From a virus, in the IMG/VR virus record IMGVR_UViG_3300010391_000058, positions 1 through 64,000 of that record: a stretch of 64,000 nt of DNA. One strand, given 5' to 3'. The notes beneath the pieces were generated by a model that had not been told where the DNA came from, did not search any database, and saw only the letters and a list, made by a program, of their open reading frames with translations. Below, piece after piece: positions 29,087 through 38,027 of the stretch; within the stretch, counting starts at the first letter, position 1; the number at the start of each line of letters is the position of its first letter. A program made the translations under genes and the position numbers.

Positions 29087-29193
29087 ATAGGAATTATGCA
29101 AAAGAGGCATAGGAATTGTGTAATAACTCAATAGTCTTTTTCAATTACATTTGTTTTGTTATTGAATTATTTATAAATAAAACTTTATCTAAA

Positions 29194-29400
29194 ATGACCG
29201 ACATTAAAAAACCCGTCCTTTCAAAAGAGGATGCAGAGAAAGCAGAAGCTACAAAGCAAAAAGAAACCGGCAGGATCAAGGGTTTGATTGATGCTAAGAA
29301 AAAAGAACTCAACCTGGCAGTGAACGCAAGTAACACCGATGATGTTGCACGGATCAAAGAGGAAATCGGAAAGCTTGAAGAAGAGATTTTAAACCTGTAA
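29194..29400 (+). CDS. Small coiled-coil protein
   Basis: ATG 29194 downstream of TACATTTG (29146-29153); followed by terminator. Confidence 0.65.
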   Translation: MTDIKKPVLSKEDAEKAEATKQKETGRIKGLIDAKKKELNLAVNASNTDDVARIKEEIGKLEEEILNL

Positions 29401-29420
29401 CGGGCCCGGATCAAAAATTT

Positions 29421-29450
29421 ACCCCGCTGCCTTTCCGGAGCGGGTTTTTT
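29421..29450 (+). terminator. Intrinsic terminator
   Basis: CCCGCT...AGCGGG + TTTTTT. Confidence 0.8.
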
Positions 29451-29517
29451 GTATATTGCATTGTTAACCCATTTTTACTAACCATTCAAACAAAATGGCT
29501 ACTAAGAAAAAAGCTGC

Positions 29518-29550
29518 AAAGGCCCCGGTAATTCGGGGCTTTCTTTTTTA
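29518..29550 (+). terminator. Intrinsic terminator overlapping an 18-aa mini-ORF
   Basis: GGCCCCG-GTAATT-CGGGGCT + TTCTTTTT. Confidence 0.75.
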
Positions 29551-29608
29551 AATGATTTGACTTACTTTTGTTTCAAAGCAGGAACCGGCTAAGCGGTTCA
29601 GACATATT

Positions 29609-30103
29609 ATGGCTACTAAACGCAAGCGCAACCCTGCGCCAAAGAAACAATCCATTTCAAAAAAAGTTATTGATCCACCGCATGATGATTGCGAAGTAAT
29701 TTCCAGGTTTGAAGCAACCGGCAAACCTTTTTCAGTGAAGAGAAAACAAGATGGCGTATTATTTTACATTCAAGACAGGGTGTCCAATGGTACGGCTATG
29801 TGCGGATTTATTACAGGGTTTAATTTTTTAGAGGGTAAAACATTTGTTGAACACACTTATTCCGGAGTTGGGATGAACCTTGATTCATTGGTGAAAGTGC
29901 CAACACTGCCATCGAGATTTCAGATCGGTGATAGTGTCGCTATTAAATTCAAAGAATTATCTATTCCGAGAGCTGCTGTAACCAAGGTGCATTTCAACAA
30001 TAACAAAGTGTTGTATGATCTGCAGGTATGGTTTGGTGGAGGTACGGGTGCTTCTACCAGGATTCACAATGTAGATTCAGCTATTGTAGAAAACCCGGAA
30101 TAA
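29609..30103 (+). CDS. Hypothetical protein with C-terminal SH3/KOW-like domain
   Basis: SRFQIGDSV.......VT.VHF...KV.YDL; TACTTTTG at 29563-29570 upstream. Confidence 0.65.
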   Translation: MATKRKRNPAPKKQSISKKVIDPPHDDCEVISRFEATGKPFSVKRKQDGVLFYIQDRVSNGTAMCGFITGFNFLEGKTFVEHTYSGVGMNLDSLVKVPTLPSRFQIGDSVAIKFKELSIPRAAVTKVHFNNNKVLYDLQVWFGGGTGASTRIHNVDSAIVENPE

Positions 30104-30147
30104 TAAAGATGGTTTTAGGTGTGGGTTCAAGTACCCCGCCACGGTAC

Positions 30148-30174
30148 GGCCCTTGTTTCAACAGGGGCTTTTTT
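30148..30174 (+). terminator. Intrinsic terminator
   Basis: GGCCCTTGT-TTCA-ACAGGGGCT + T tract. Confidence 0.8.
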
Positions 30175-30201
30175 CATGGTAACGGTTTTAGTATTATAAG
30201 T

Positions 30202-30387
30202 ATGACACAGAAAGAATGGGAAAACTTATTAGTACCCGGAGCCACATTTGAAGCCAGGGAATTGACCAAAGAAGAGGTGAGTGAAATGATTAAAGTCATA
30301 GAGGAATATGAGCAGGAACAGGAAAGAAGAAGGATATACTTGAATGAACACTGGTGGGAAATAATGAATAGGAGGATAACTATATAA
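30202..30387 (+). CDS. Hypothetical protein
   Basis: MTQKEWENLL...; start after terminator. Confidence 0.5.
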   Translation: MTQKEWENLLVPGATFEARELTKEEVSEMIKVIEEYEQEQERRRIYLNEHWWEIMNRRITI

Positions 30388-30468
30388 AAAATCAGGAATA
30401 ATATTTGGATAATTCCGGAAATTTATTTTACCTTTTCACTACCTAATTACCACTTTTAAGTGACACTT

Positions 30469-30813
30469 ATGAAATGGACTAAAATTTTACCTCTGATGCT
30501 ATGCTTTACGCTGGTGTTATGTACGGTAGGAAGATCGGCCCCTGCTGAAAGGGGCAATGATCCCTCTCCGCAAATCAAAAAGTATGTAGCTGAAAAAAGC
30601 TGTTCTGAGATCACTACAATTCAGGTTGCTGCTATCCAGGCGGGAGACTTCCAGGATATACAGATCACAACCGATGCCGGGGAGAAGCCGGTGGATTGTT
30701 TGAAGATCGAAGTGGCAAGCAAAGAAACATACCCGGTGTACCCGGTTGATCTTCGAAGGCGGCTACCTGATATGAGTTACAAAATAAACAAGCCCCCGGA
30801 TCAGTTGGAATAA
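30469..30813 (+). CDS. Secreted/membrane hypothetical protein
   Basis: Signal-peptide-like N-terminus; followed by terminator. Confidence 0.55.
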   Translation: MKWTKILPLMLCFTLVLCTVGRSAPAERGNDPSPQIKKYVAEKSCSEITTIQVAAIQAGDFQDIQITTDAGEKPVDCLKIEVASKETYPVYPVDLRRRLPDMSYKINKPPDQLE

Positions 30814-30837
30814 ATTTCTTACTAACTCAATTCGTAT

Positions 30838-30873
30838 AAAAAAGCCTTTGTGGATATTTCACAGAGGTTTTTT
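30838..30873 (+). terminator. Intrinsic (bidirectional) terminator
   Basis: AAAAAAGCCTTTGTG...CACAGAGGTTTTTT. Confidence 0.75.
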
Positions 30874-30941
30874 GTTTGGATACTCCCTACATTTACCTCA
30901 GAATTTAATGGAATGTTAAGTGTTTCCGCTTAACTGTAAGT

Positions 30942-30979
30942 AAAAAGACAAGCCCGCTGTTTCTACAGGGGGCTTGTCG
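30942..30979 (-). terminator. Terminator for minus-strand gene 31010-31255
   Basis: GACAAGCCC...GGGCTTGTC with preceding A tract. Confidence 0.65.
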
Positions 30980-31009
30980 CTTGAATAAGGTCCGTTTTCC
31001 CGTGGAACC

Positions 31010-31255
31010 CTATGTATCTTCCTTTTTATCAATTGTTTGCGGATTTTCATCTTCCTGCATTAACTCTTTGAGACGGGCAATGTATTTATCAAGCTCTTCC
31101 CTTGTTGGGATATATTGGCGCTTTGCTCTGATTGGCATGCCATCCAGCCCGCATGTATGAGGGATGTATTTGCGTGTCTTAACTCCGGCCCTGGCAAAAG
31201 AACATGACTGACAGTAGTTTTTTCTCATGTTTATATTTCCAGATTTTTTATACAT
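31010..31255 (-). CDS. Small Zn-binding hypothetical protein
   Basis: CQSC...HTC; only credible minus-strand phage gene. Confidence 0.55.
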   Translation of the reverse strand: MYKKSGNINMRKNYCQSCSFARAGVKTRKYIPHTCGLDGMPIRAKRQYIPTREELDKYIARLKELMQEDENPQTIDKKEDT

Positions 31256-31630
31256 ATAATTTTGATGTGTTGATCTAATATGTATAATGCATTGAGGTTA
31301 CAAAAAGTGGAAATTCCCCGCAACCGTTAAACGGGGGTTGTATAGAAAAGAATGTAAAAAGGGAGATTTCCACCAAAAATATGCCCACATTATGATAACA
31401 ATATGGGCTGAAGGAAACAGGGCTATTTTTGAATATCTTGGCATTGAGAAGGGTAACGGATCAACCAGCCGGGAGGCCCTTAAATTGGTTCCTATTGGTT
31501 TTAAGGCTGTTTTTCAGGCCTAAAGGTAAAGGACGGATCAAAGGGGGCCCGGTCCAGGTTGTGTTTGGAAATAGCCCGGAATTGACTAAAAACCACCGTT
31601 TTACAAACTATTTTCAAAAAACCCTAAAAA

Positions 31631-31675
31631 AATACCACAAAATAACACTTTTAACCGTTTACCTTGCTATATTTG
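31631..31675 (+). promoter_or_regulatory. Early promoter (-7 TATATTTG) with 17-bp operator-like box AATACCACAAAATAACA
   Basis: TTGCTATATTTG at 31664-31675 (repeated at 63843); 17-mer repeated at 37980. Confidence 0.65.
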
Positions 31676-31725
31676 GATATCATTTAAAGGGGGCGGCAAC
31701 CCGGTACAATTCGGCAAACAAAAAA

Positions 31726-32064
31726 ATGACTACTCAAAACTTCGCAACAACTACAGTTACCTGGAAAGTGAATAAAAAGGTAAGCGCCTTAAAAACATCC
31801 CTTGCAAAAGAGCTGCCAGGTATCACAAACGAAACTATTAAAAAACTATTTGGCCGGCTTCCTTCAGGATGTAACCCCCGTGAAAAGTACAGCGGTTTTA
31901 TTACATTAACCAACGATTCAGAACCGGTAAAAGAGGCAAACAGCCCTTTTGAAGGTTCCGGTATATATACCCTATACTGTGCAAATGGTAAATGGAGGAT
32001 AGGGGGGTTTTTCAAAAATCAATTTACGGATCAGCTTGCTGAGTATATAAACAGCAATAAATAA
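31726..32064 (+). CDS. Early hypothetical protein
   Basis: MTTQNFATT...; A-rich leader; upstream extension overlaps promoter. Confidence 0.65.
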   Translation: MTTQNFATTTVTWKVNKKVSALKTSLAKELPGITNETIKKLFGRLPSGCNPREKYSGFITLTNDSEPVKEANSPFEGSGIYTLYCANGKWRIGGFFKNQFTDQLAEYINSNK

Positions 32065-32093
32065 ATTTCATTCACTTCAAAAACTTCGCACAA

Positions 32094-32324
32094 ATGAAAG
32101 TCATAAAACAGCCCTTTATCGGGCAACCTACAAACCAGGCAACCGGGTGCAGCGGCATTCAGGCGCTGGTGGAATCCATTTACATTCCATACAGGGGCCA
32201 ATTAATTGAACGGACATTAACCGGGTTTTCAGTAGATGGTGCCCCGGTGGGATCAGTGGAGGCAGCTAAGGAGCTGATAGATGGAAAGCGGGCATGGCAG
32301 GGGAAATCAGTAGTTAACTTTTAA
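32094..32324 (+). CDS. Hypothetical protein
   Basis: AAAACTTCGCA motif before ATG. Confidence 0.65.
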   Translation: MKVIKQPFIGQPTNQATGCSGIQALVESIYIPYRGQLIERTLTGFSVDGAPVGSVEAAKELIDGKRAWQGKSVVNF

Positions 32325-32334
32325 ACTTCGCAAA

Positions 32335-32718
32335 ATGAAAATAACAGATACAGAAAAAAGAATATTGCAGAACCTACATTTGAAAGGATGCACCGGAAAG
32401 ATGGGATCACTTAATAAGGATCAACGGGGGAAGATATTAAAAGGCCTCCAGGATAAAGGATTGCTGGACAAAAATTGCCGGCCAACGCAAAAAGGCATTG
32501 AAGTTTCAGCCCCCTTTTATGTAGCGACAAATGAAGATAATTATGATGAGTGGGAGGGTGTTGTAATAGATAAGATCGAAGAGTTTTGCGAAGTAAGCCG
32601 GTCCGATGCTCAGGGTATTGTCGAAGCTCAGCCGTTTTACATGCAGCAGTGTTGGGCAAAAGGAATGACCGGCGAAGAGACAGCAAGGTTTATAGATGCA
32701 AGAAGTGTTGTAAAATAA
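32335..32718 (+). CDS. Hypothetical protein (wHTH-like N-terminus)
   Basis: AAACTTCGCA before ATG; SRSDAQGIVEAQ motif. Confidence 0.65.
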   Translation: MKITDTEKRILQNLHLKGCTGKMGSLNKDQRGKILKGLQDKGLLDKNCRPTQKGIEVSAPFYVATNEDNYDEWEGVVIDKIEEFCEVSRSDAQGIVEAQPFYMQQCWAKGMTGEETARFIDARSVVK

Positions 32719-32743
32719 TTTCGTAACAAATAAATTTTTTTAT

Positions 32744-33217
32744 ATGAATAAGCTTGGAGAAAGAAACTATCTTTTGCTCAGCCAGGGCGCAAAGACAACC
32801 GGCAACTATGTAGAGGCTTTTCACTATGCACAGGAGAGCTTGTATGTTCATGAGGCCGAAACCATTTATGCATTTTGTAAGTGGTGCCAGGAAGATACAG
32901 CAAACAGGTCATGGGGATCAGTTAACTATGAAATGAGATTTAAGCAGTTTTTGGAAGCAACGTTATCCAAAAACAAGTGTATGATATTTGAAGTTAAGAG
33001 AATAGAGCAAACCGTTGAAACCACTTTGATCGAAGCGGATAGCTTGGCAGAGGCAGAAGCTATTGCTGAAAAGGATCATGTATCATTCGGGAAAAATGAA
33101 GTTGTCAGTGCTGAAATTACCGCTGAGGAAGTAAATAAATTTCCAAAGGGCCGGATCATTTACACAGCTACAGGCTACAAAGATGCATCAGGAAAACAGC
33201 ATGTTATAACAGGATAA
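32744..33217 (+). CDS. Hypothetical protein
   Basis: 157 aa; C-terminal IEADSL.EAE motif. Confidence 0.65.
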   Translation: MNKLGERNYLLLSQGAKTTGNYVEAFHYAQESLYVHEAETIYAFCKWCQEDTANRSWGSVNYEMRFKQFLEATLSKNKCMIFEVKRIEQTVETTLIEADSLAEAEAIAEKDHVSFGKNEVVSAEITAEEVNKFPKGRIIYTATGYKDASGKQHVITG

Positions 33218-33226
33218 AAATTTTAT

Positions 33227-34021
33227 ATGTTTAAACCTACAGCGAAAGGATACTTCAGCGGATGCGGCGGCATGGAATTAGGAATGATGCAGGCCGGTGT
33301 AAATATTATTCAGTCGCTTGACCTGGACAAACGGGCCACAGATACAATGATTGCCAACCCCCATTATTTCAATCACCCCATTTTGCACAAGGACATAAAA
33401 GATATAACGGTATTGCAGCAACATAGAAGTGATATCATTATTGGCACTTATCCATGCACTAAGTATTCAACCATTGCAGATATTCACGGATGCAGAACCG
33501 GTGATGATCTGTTTTTACATTTCTTCAGGCACATTGCAATAGAGCAACCGGAAATGTATGTGGTTGAGAATGTACCAGGGATGAAAAAGTTTCCTATTGT
33601 AATGGAAGCCATGACACGGCTACCACAGTACTACATTAACGTTTTTTGCCCGATGAAAACAACCAATTGGCTACCACAGAAAAGGGACCGGCTAATTTTG
33701 ATAGGGACAAAGAAGCCATTTTTTATAATGGAGCCTTCACAGATAGCAAACCGTCCCAGGATCAAAGATCTTATGGAATCAAACCCGGATATTAATATAC
33801 CAAAGAATGTGCTGAGCCGATTGAAGGGTAAATACCGGGACCTCCCGATTATAGTTGATCCTGACCAGCCGGGAGCAATGGCCCCGACATGTGTAGCTCA
33901 TTATGCAAAGGATCAGGGCACACGGTTGGTAAAGGATAAGAAAGGGCATTTTGTAAATGTTCTGAATGTAAGAAGATGGCTTACTATGACTTTGTTCCGA
34001 ACAGTCTCAGTACACCGATAA
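33227..34021 (+). pseudogene. C5-cytosine DNA methyltransferase, C-terminally truncated
   Basis: FSGCGG (motif I), YPC (IV), ENVPG (VI), Q.R.R (VIII); motifs IX/X absent. Confidence 0.75.
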
Positions 34022-34090
34022 TAACCACTCCATGTTCACATGATTTTAAACAATATTGGAAACATTTTTAAATAATAAAACTTCGCACAA

Positions 34091-34864
34091 ATGACAAAAC
34101 AAGATGTATTAAAACAGTGTACCATTGAGGGTAATATAGTTCGCCTTCCAAACATTAAGCTGGACAGAAAACTTTATTTGGAAGTATCTACAGCCCTTGG
34201 AGGCATAGCCGCTGGAGGGATCGGTGGCACATGGAACCGGCAGTTAAAAGGCTTTGTATTTGAAAAAGGATATGAGGATGAGCTTGCTTCACTCATGGCC
34301 AAAATATCGGGGGGAGAAAAAATAAACCTGCAGCAAGAATTTCAGTTTTTTGAAACACCGGATTTACTTGCTAATTGGCTGGTTGAATTAGCTGATCCTA
34401 AAATGACCGATTTTATACTGGAGCCCTCAGCAGGCCGGGGCGCAATTGTCAGGGCAATATGGAAAAGATTACCGGAAAAGATAATTTTTGGTTGTGAGAT
34501 ACAGCCATCTAATGTAAAAGCATTGAAGGCCATGGGTCCTTTCTATTCCAATATTACAGAAGATTTTTTGGAATTGGAGCCTTCATTAGAGTTATTCGAT
34601 AAGATCATTGCAAACCCGCCTTTCAATAAGAACCAGGATATTGATCACATACAGCACATGTATAAATGCTGCAAACCAGGGGGCCGGATCGTTTCAGTTG
34701 CAAGCAACCATTGGATGGAAGGGGGCAATAAAAAGGAAGCTGAATTCAGGGCCTGGTTATTCGGATTGAAAGCCAAAGTGCATGATATCGAAGAGGGAAT
34801 ATTTAAAGACAGCGGCACCATGGTAAGTACATGTGTGATCGTTATTGATAAACCTTTAAAATGA
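34091..34864 (+). CDS. SAM-dependent amino (N6-adenine/N4) DNA methyltransferase
   Basis: QFFETP, LEPSAGRGAI, IIANPPF, F..SGT.V.T. Confidence 0.88.
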   Translation: MTKQDVLKQCTIEGNIVRLPNIKLDRKLYLEVSTALGGIAAGGIGGTWNRQLKGFVFEKGYEDELASLMAKISGGEKINLQQEFQFFETPDLLANWLVELADPKMTDFILEPSAGRGAIVRAIWKRLPEKIIFGCEIQPSNVKALKAMGPFYSNITEDFLELEPSLELFDKIIANPPFNKNQDIDHIQHMYKCCKPGGRIVSVASNHWMEGGNKKEAEFRAWLFGLKAKVHDIEEGIFKDSGTMVSTCVIVIDKPLK

Positions 34865-35505
34865 AAACTACACATTATACTAACGGATATGGCGGGAAAC
34901 TGAATTATGTAACCACTTGTGGTAAGGAAATTCACAGCCACAGCGAAACAGAATCAGCAACTATTGATCCATACAAAGTGACTTGCAAAGCCTGTAAGAA
35001 GTCGTTTGACTTTTTGGAGGATCTTTTACGAAAAGAAAGCGACCTTCCAGGCGTGAAGCGTAGAATATATCTTGAATCAGACGTTTTGCATGCTACGGAA
35101 TTAAGTAGAGCCCAAGATGAAGTTGGAGATTTGTGTTTAGAGAAAGGAGACAAATTTATCAGGCGGGTTTTTTCTGATGTGCTTGAATATGCCTGGCATG
35201 ATCTACCCGGAACATGGGAAGCAGTAAAAAAAGCAGATGAAATTTACTCCGATTCATCTTTGATCCCATTGGTTGGCGGTTCTTATTCAGGAGCTCCCGT
35301 TATTTTCAACGGTATGTGTGAGAGAGCAGTAAAAGAAAATATAAAAGGCAAGGACGTTTATATTCTGAATGAATTGAGTAATATATATTGGGATATGATT
35401 GATATTCCGATGATGAAAAAGGCATTTAAGTATAACAACCTGTTCATGTATAACAAAGAAAGAGAAATGATTAAAGTAGATATTTCCAAAATAAAAAAGA
35501 AATGA
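34861..35505 (+). CDS. Hypothetical protein with N-terminal Zn finger
   Basis: TCG...VTCKAC. Confidence 0.6.
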   Translation: MKTTHYTNGYGGKLNYVTTCGKEIHSHSETESATIDPYKVTCKACKKSFDFLEDLLRKESDLPGVKRRIYLESDVLHATELSRAQDEVGDLCLEKGDKFIRRVFSDVLEYAWHDLPGTWEAVKKADEIYSDSSLIPLVGGSYSGAPVIFNGMCERAVKENIKGKDVYILNELSNIYWDMIDIPMMKKAFKYNNLFMYNKEREMIKVDISKIKKK

Positions 35506-35506
35506 A

Positions 35507-35791
35507 ATGGCATTAGTAAGCTATGCAAAACAAATGTCTGAATTAGCAATAAAGGGGGCGAAGATTGCTAAGGAAAAAGGTATATTAGGCCAGTGTGGGA
35601 AGATGTGTGATACATGTGCCTTCAAATTGGATCAGAAACATAACCTTGATTACTTATTTGCAGCTGATCAGGCAGCCTTTCAGTTAATGTCAGAAGGTGA
35701 ATTTTATTGTCATACACATGATTTCAAATGTGCTGATAAACCCTGTGCCGGCTTCACATTAGCAAAGCTTGTATTTGAAAAAGACGAATGA
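35507..35791 (+). CDS. Cys-rich hypothetical protein
   Basis: MCDTCAF...FYCH...PCAG. Confidence 0.65.
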   Translation: MALVSYAKQMSELAIKGAKIAKEKGILGQCGKMCDTCAFKLDQKHNLDYLFAADQAAFQLMSEGEFYCHTHDFKCADKPCAGFTLAKLVFEKDE

Positions 35792-36642
35792 GTTTAGAGT
35801 TAATCAATATGGCAATAGATCAGGGCGCTGTCCTTTACCCGAATGTTTCAGGGGGAAAGGACGGGCAGGCTATGGTAAAAACGATGATGAACAACGGCAT
35901 TCCTATTGAAGGCCTTATCCATGCAGACCTTGGCAGGACAGAGTGGAAGGAGAGCATTGGCATGTGTGAAAAGCTTTCCAGGGAGACAGGGAAGCCGCTG
36001 CATGTAGTGAGAAGATCTGATGGCCGGGATATGATTGATCACTGGAGGCACCGGTTGAATCAATTGAAGGGCACCGGGAAACCTTTTTGGAGTAGTTCAC
36101 AAAGCCGTTATTGCACCAGCGATATGAAGCGGGACCCTATAGATAAGTTTTACCGGAATTGCGGGCACAATTTTATAGTCAGCTGCGAAGGGATCAGGGG
36201 AGGCGAAAGCAAGCCACGGGCAAAGAAGATACCGTTAACAATTCGGACCAGGATAACGGCCCCGTATTACAAAGGAATGACCGTACAGGAAGCAATTGCA
36301 GCCTATAACCCTAAGCACCGTTTGGCGCTTACCTGGTACCCGATATTTCATTTTAGCCTGGAAGATGTTTTGGCCACATACGGCATGAATTCGGCGGCGC
36401 TCCAGGTGTACCGGGATATTTACAAAGGGATCGGTAAAGTAATGGGTGGTTGGCCTTTTCATCCGGCATACGTTTATGGTAATAACCGGGTGAGTTGCGT
36501 GTTCTGCATCCTTGGTTGTAATAATGATCTGAAGGTAGGTGCAAAGCACCGGCCAGAGCTATTGAACATGATGATCGAAATGGAAGAGGAAGGGCAGGCA
36601 ACTTTCAAAAATAACTTTTCACTCAAAGAATTATTGCAATGA
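35788..36642 (+). CDS. PAPS reductase-family (PP-loop) protein
   Basis: SGGKDG PP-loop, RYCT..MK..PI, GIR..ES..RA, HPAY..G..RVSCVFC. Confidence 0.88.
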   Translation: MSLELINMAIDQGAVLYPNVSGGKDGQAMVKTMMNNGIPIEGLIHADLGRTEWKESIGMCEKLSRETGKPLHVVRRSDGRDMIDHWRHRLNQLKGTGKPFWSSSQSRYCTSDMKRDPIDKFYRNCGHNFIVSCEGIRGGESKPRAKKIPLTIRTRITAPYYKGMTVQEAIAAYNPKHRLALTWYPIFHFSLEDVLATYGMNSAALQVYRDIYKGIGKVMGGWPFHPAYVYGNNRVSCVFCILGCNNDLKVGAKHRPELLNMMIEMEEEGQATFKNNFSLKELLQ

Positions 36643-36965
36643 AAGATAAGAACCCAAAACCATTGTCAGCAGAAATGCAAAGGGTATTGGCTATGCTGTC
36701 TGAATATGGATGCCTTGTTAGATACAAGGGAGGTTTTTGGCATAAAGAAAATGCTGAAATGGAACCATTATCAGGTGGTGGCCGTTCACCCGATGGCGGG
36801 CAATACCCTCCAGGATATTGCGGCACACTTACAATTCAGGCTTTATTGAAAAGAGATCTGATAAAGGTTGATGAATCGAAGCCAATAAATATGTTTCGGA
36901 CTTTTCCGGTAAAAGTATCACTTAAAAAAGAAGCGAATGAAAAGAAGGAAAATGATAAGAGCTGA
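36639..36965 (+). CDS. Hypothetical protein (wHTH-like)
   Basis: 108-aa ORF; T..AL.KRDLI. Confidence 0.55.
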   Translation: MKDKNPKPLSAEMQRVLAMLSEYGCLVRYKGGFWHKENAEMEPLSGGGRSPDGGQYPPGYCGTLTIQALLKRDLIKVDESKPINMFRTFPVKVSLKKEANEKKENDKS

Positions 36966-37065
36966 GCGCCAATTTATCAGGGCTGGCAGAAAGCCATTAT
37001 TGAGAAGGATAATTTATGAAGAGATAAAATATTGGAGACAGTTTAAAGACGGATTACCATTTTAA
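36952..37065 (+). CDS. 37-aa basic peptide ending DGLPF (not in ORF track)
   Basis: MIRAERQFIRAGRKPLLRRIIYEEIKYWRQFKDGLPF*; fills the gap. Confidence 0.45.
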   Translation: MIRAERQFIRAGRKPLLRRIIYEEIKYWRQFKDGLPF

Positions 37066-37075
37066 AATCAATTTT

Positions 37076-37483
37076 ATGGATATAAAACTTATACCGATAT
37101 CGGAACAAGATGGCCGGGCAATTTTTTTCCCGGAAGAATTACCAATAGGTGAATTCATTTCAATGAGGTTGCTTGAAAAGCATACTGAAAGCGGTAAAAC
37201 AGCCGTTGCATGGCTTATAGAATTCCCGGAAGAGATTCATGCTAAAAGAGTAATGGTAAAAGCCACGGCTAAAATTGCTGATGGAATGTTAGGAGCTGTC
37301 CGGGGAGCATGCCTAAAGTTTGGCGATTGGGATAACTATAAAGACAAAATGGAATTTGAAAATCAAATGGTAGCCAGTTTTGTTGCTTCCATGACAGATG
37401 AGCAGAGGGTAGAATTGTTTTCGAAATACTGTAAGCACTGCGGCAGTGATGATCCGGGATGCCAGTGTATGAACGATGAATAG
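37076..37483 (+). CDS. Hypothetical protein, C-terminal Cys cluster
   Basis: YCKHCGSDDPGCQCMNDE. Confidence 0.6.
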   Translation: MDIKLIPISEQDGRAIFFPEELPIGEFISMRLLEKHTESGKTAVAWLIEFPEEIHAKRVMVKATAKIADGMLGAVRGACLKFGDWDNYKDKMEFENQMVASFVASMTDEQRVELFSKYCKHCGSDDPGCQCMNDE

Positions 37484-37685
37484 TATGGATGATCAAAAAC
37501 CTATATTGGATGAGGAACGGAATAAGAAGATCTGTGTTAACCCGGATTGCGGAGTAGTTGTATTAAACCATGATTGGCACGAAAAGCATTGCCGGGATTG
37601 CGGAACGATATTGGTAAAAATCAATCAAAGGACTTTTGAAAAGAAGTTCACAGGCAACCGGCAGGCTTATTATCTTGAATGTTAA
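37476..37685 (+). CDS. Zn-ribbon protein
   Basis: CVNPDC...CRDCG. Confidence 0.55.
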   Translation: MNSMDDQKPILDEERNKKICVNPDCGVVVLNHDWHEKHCRDCGTILVKINQRTFEKKFTGNRQAYYLEC

Positions 37686-37694
37686 AATCACTAT

Positions 37695-37970
37695 ATGACT
37701 GAAGAGCAATTAAACCAAGAACGTGCAAAGATCGCTGAAGAGCTGAGAGCCCGGCGAAGGCACCTGAAATTGACACAGCGGGAGCTGGCTGAGCAGGTTG
37801 GCATGCAGGAGGCAACGATCAGTAAAATAGAAAATGGCGCTTTTTGGCCCAATATGAAGCAGTACGTTCTAATATTGAATGCCTTGCGGTTGGAGCGGTT
37901 GGAACCACTATGGCTGCCGGAAAGTTATTTGCCGCAATTACAAAAAAGATATCAAAAAAACATTAAATAG
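37695..37970 (+). CDS. XRE-family HTH repressor-like protein
   Basis: LTQRELAEQVGMQEATISKIENG. Confidence 0.9.
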   Translation: MTEEQLNQERAKIAEELRARRRHLKLTQRELAEQVGMQEATISKIENGAFWPNMKQYVLILNALRLERLEPLWLPESYLPQLQKRYQKNIK

Positions 37971-37979
37971 TACTTGGAT

Positions 37980-38024
37980 AATACCACAAAATAACATTAC
38001 CTTCAATCTTTCAAAAACTTCGCA
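37980..38024 (+). promoter_or_regulatory. Second copy of the 17-bp operator-like box with promoter and AAAACTTCGCA leader
   Basis: AATACCACAAAATAACA (37980-37996) followed by TACCTTCA. Confidence 0.6.
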
Positions 38025-38027
38025 TGC

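Noticed and set aside
31429-31725. N-terminal 99-aa extension of ORF 31429-32064
   Set aside because: It overlaps the promoter/operator region; ATG 31726 with an A-rich leader is the more plausible start.
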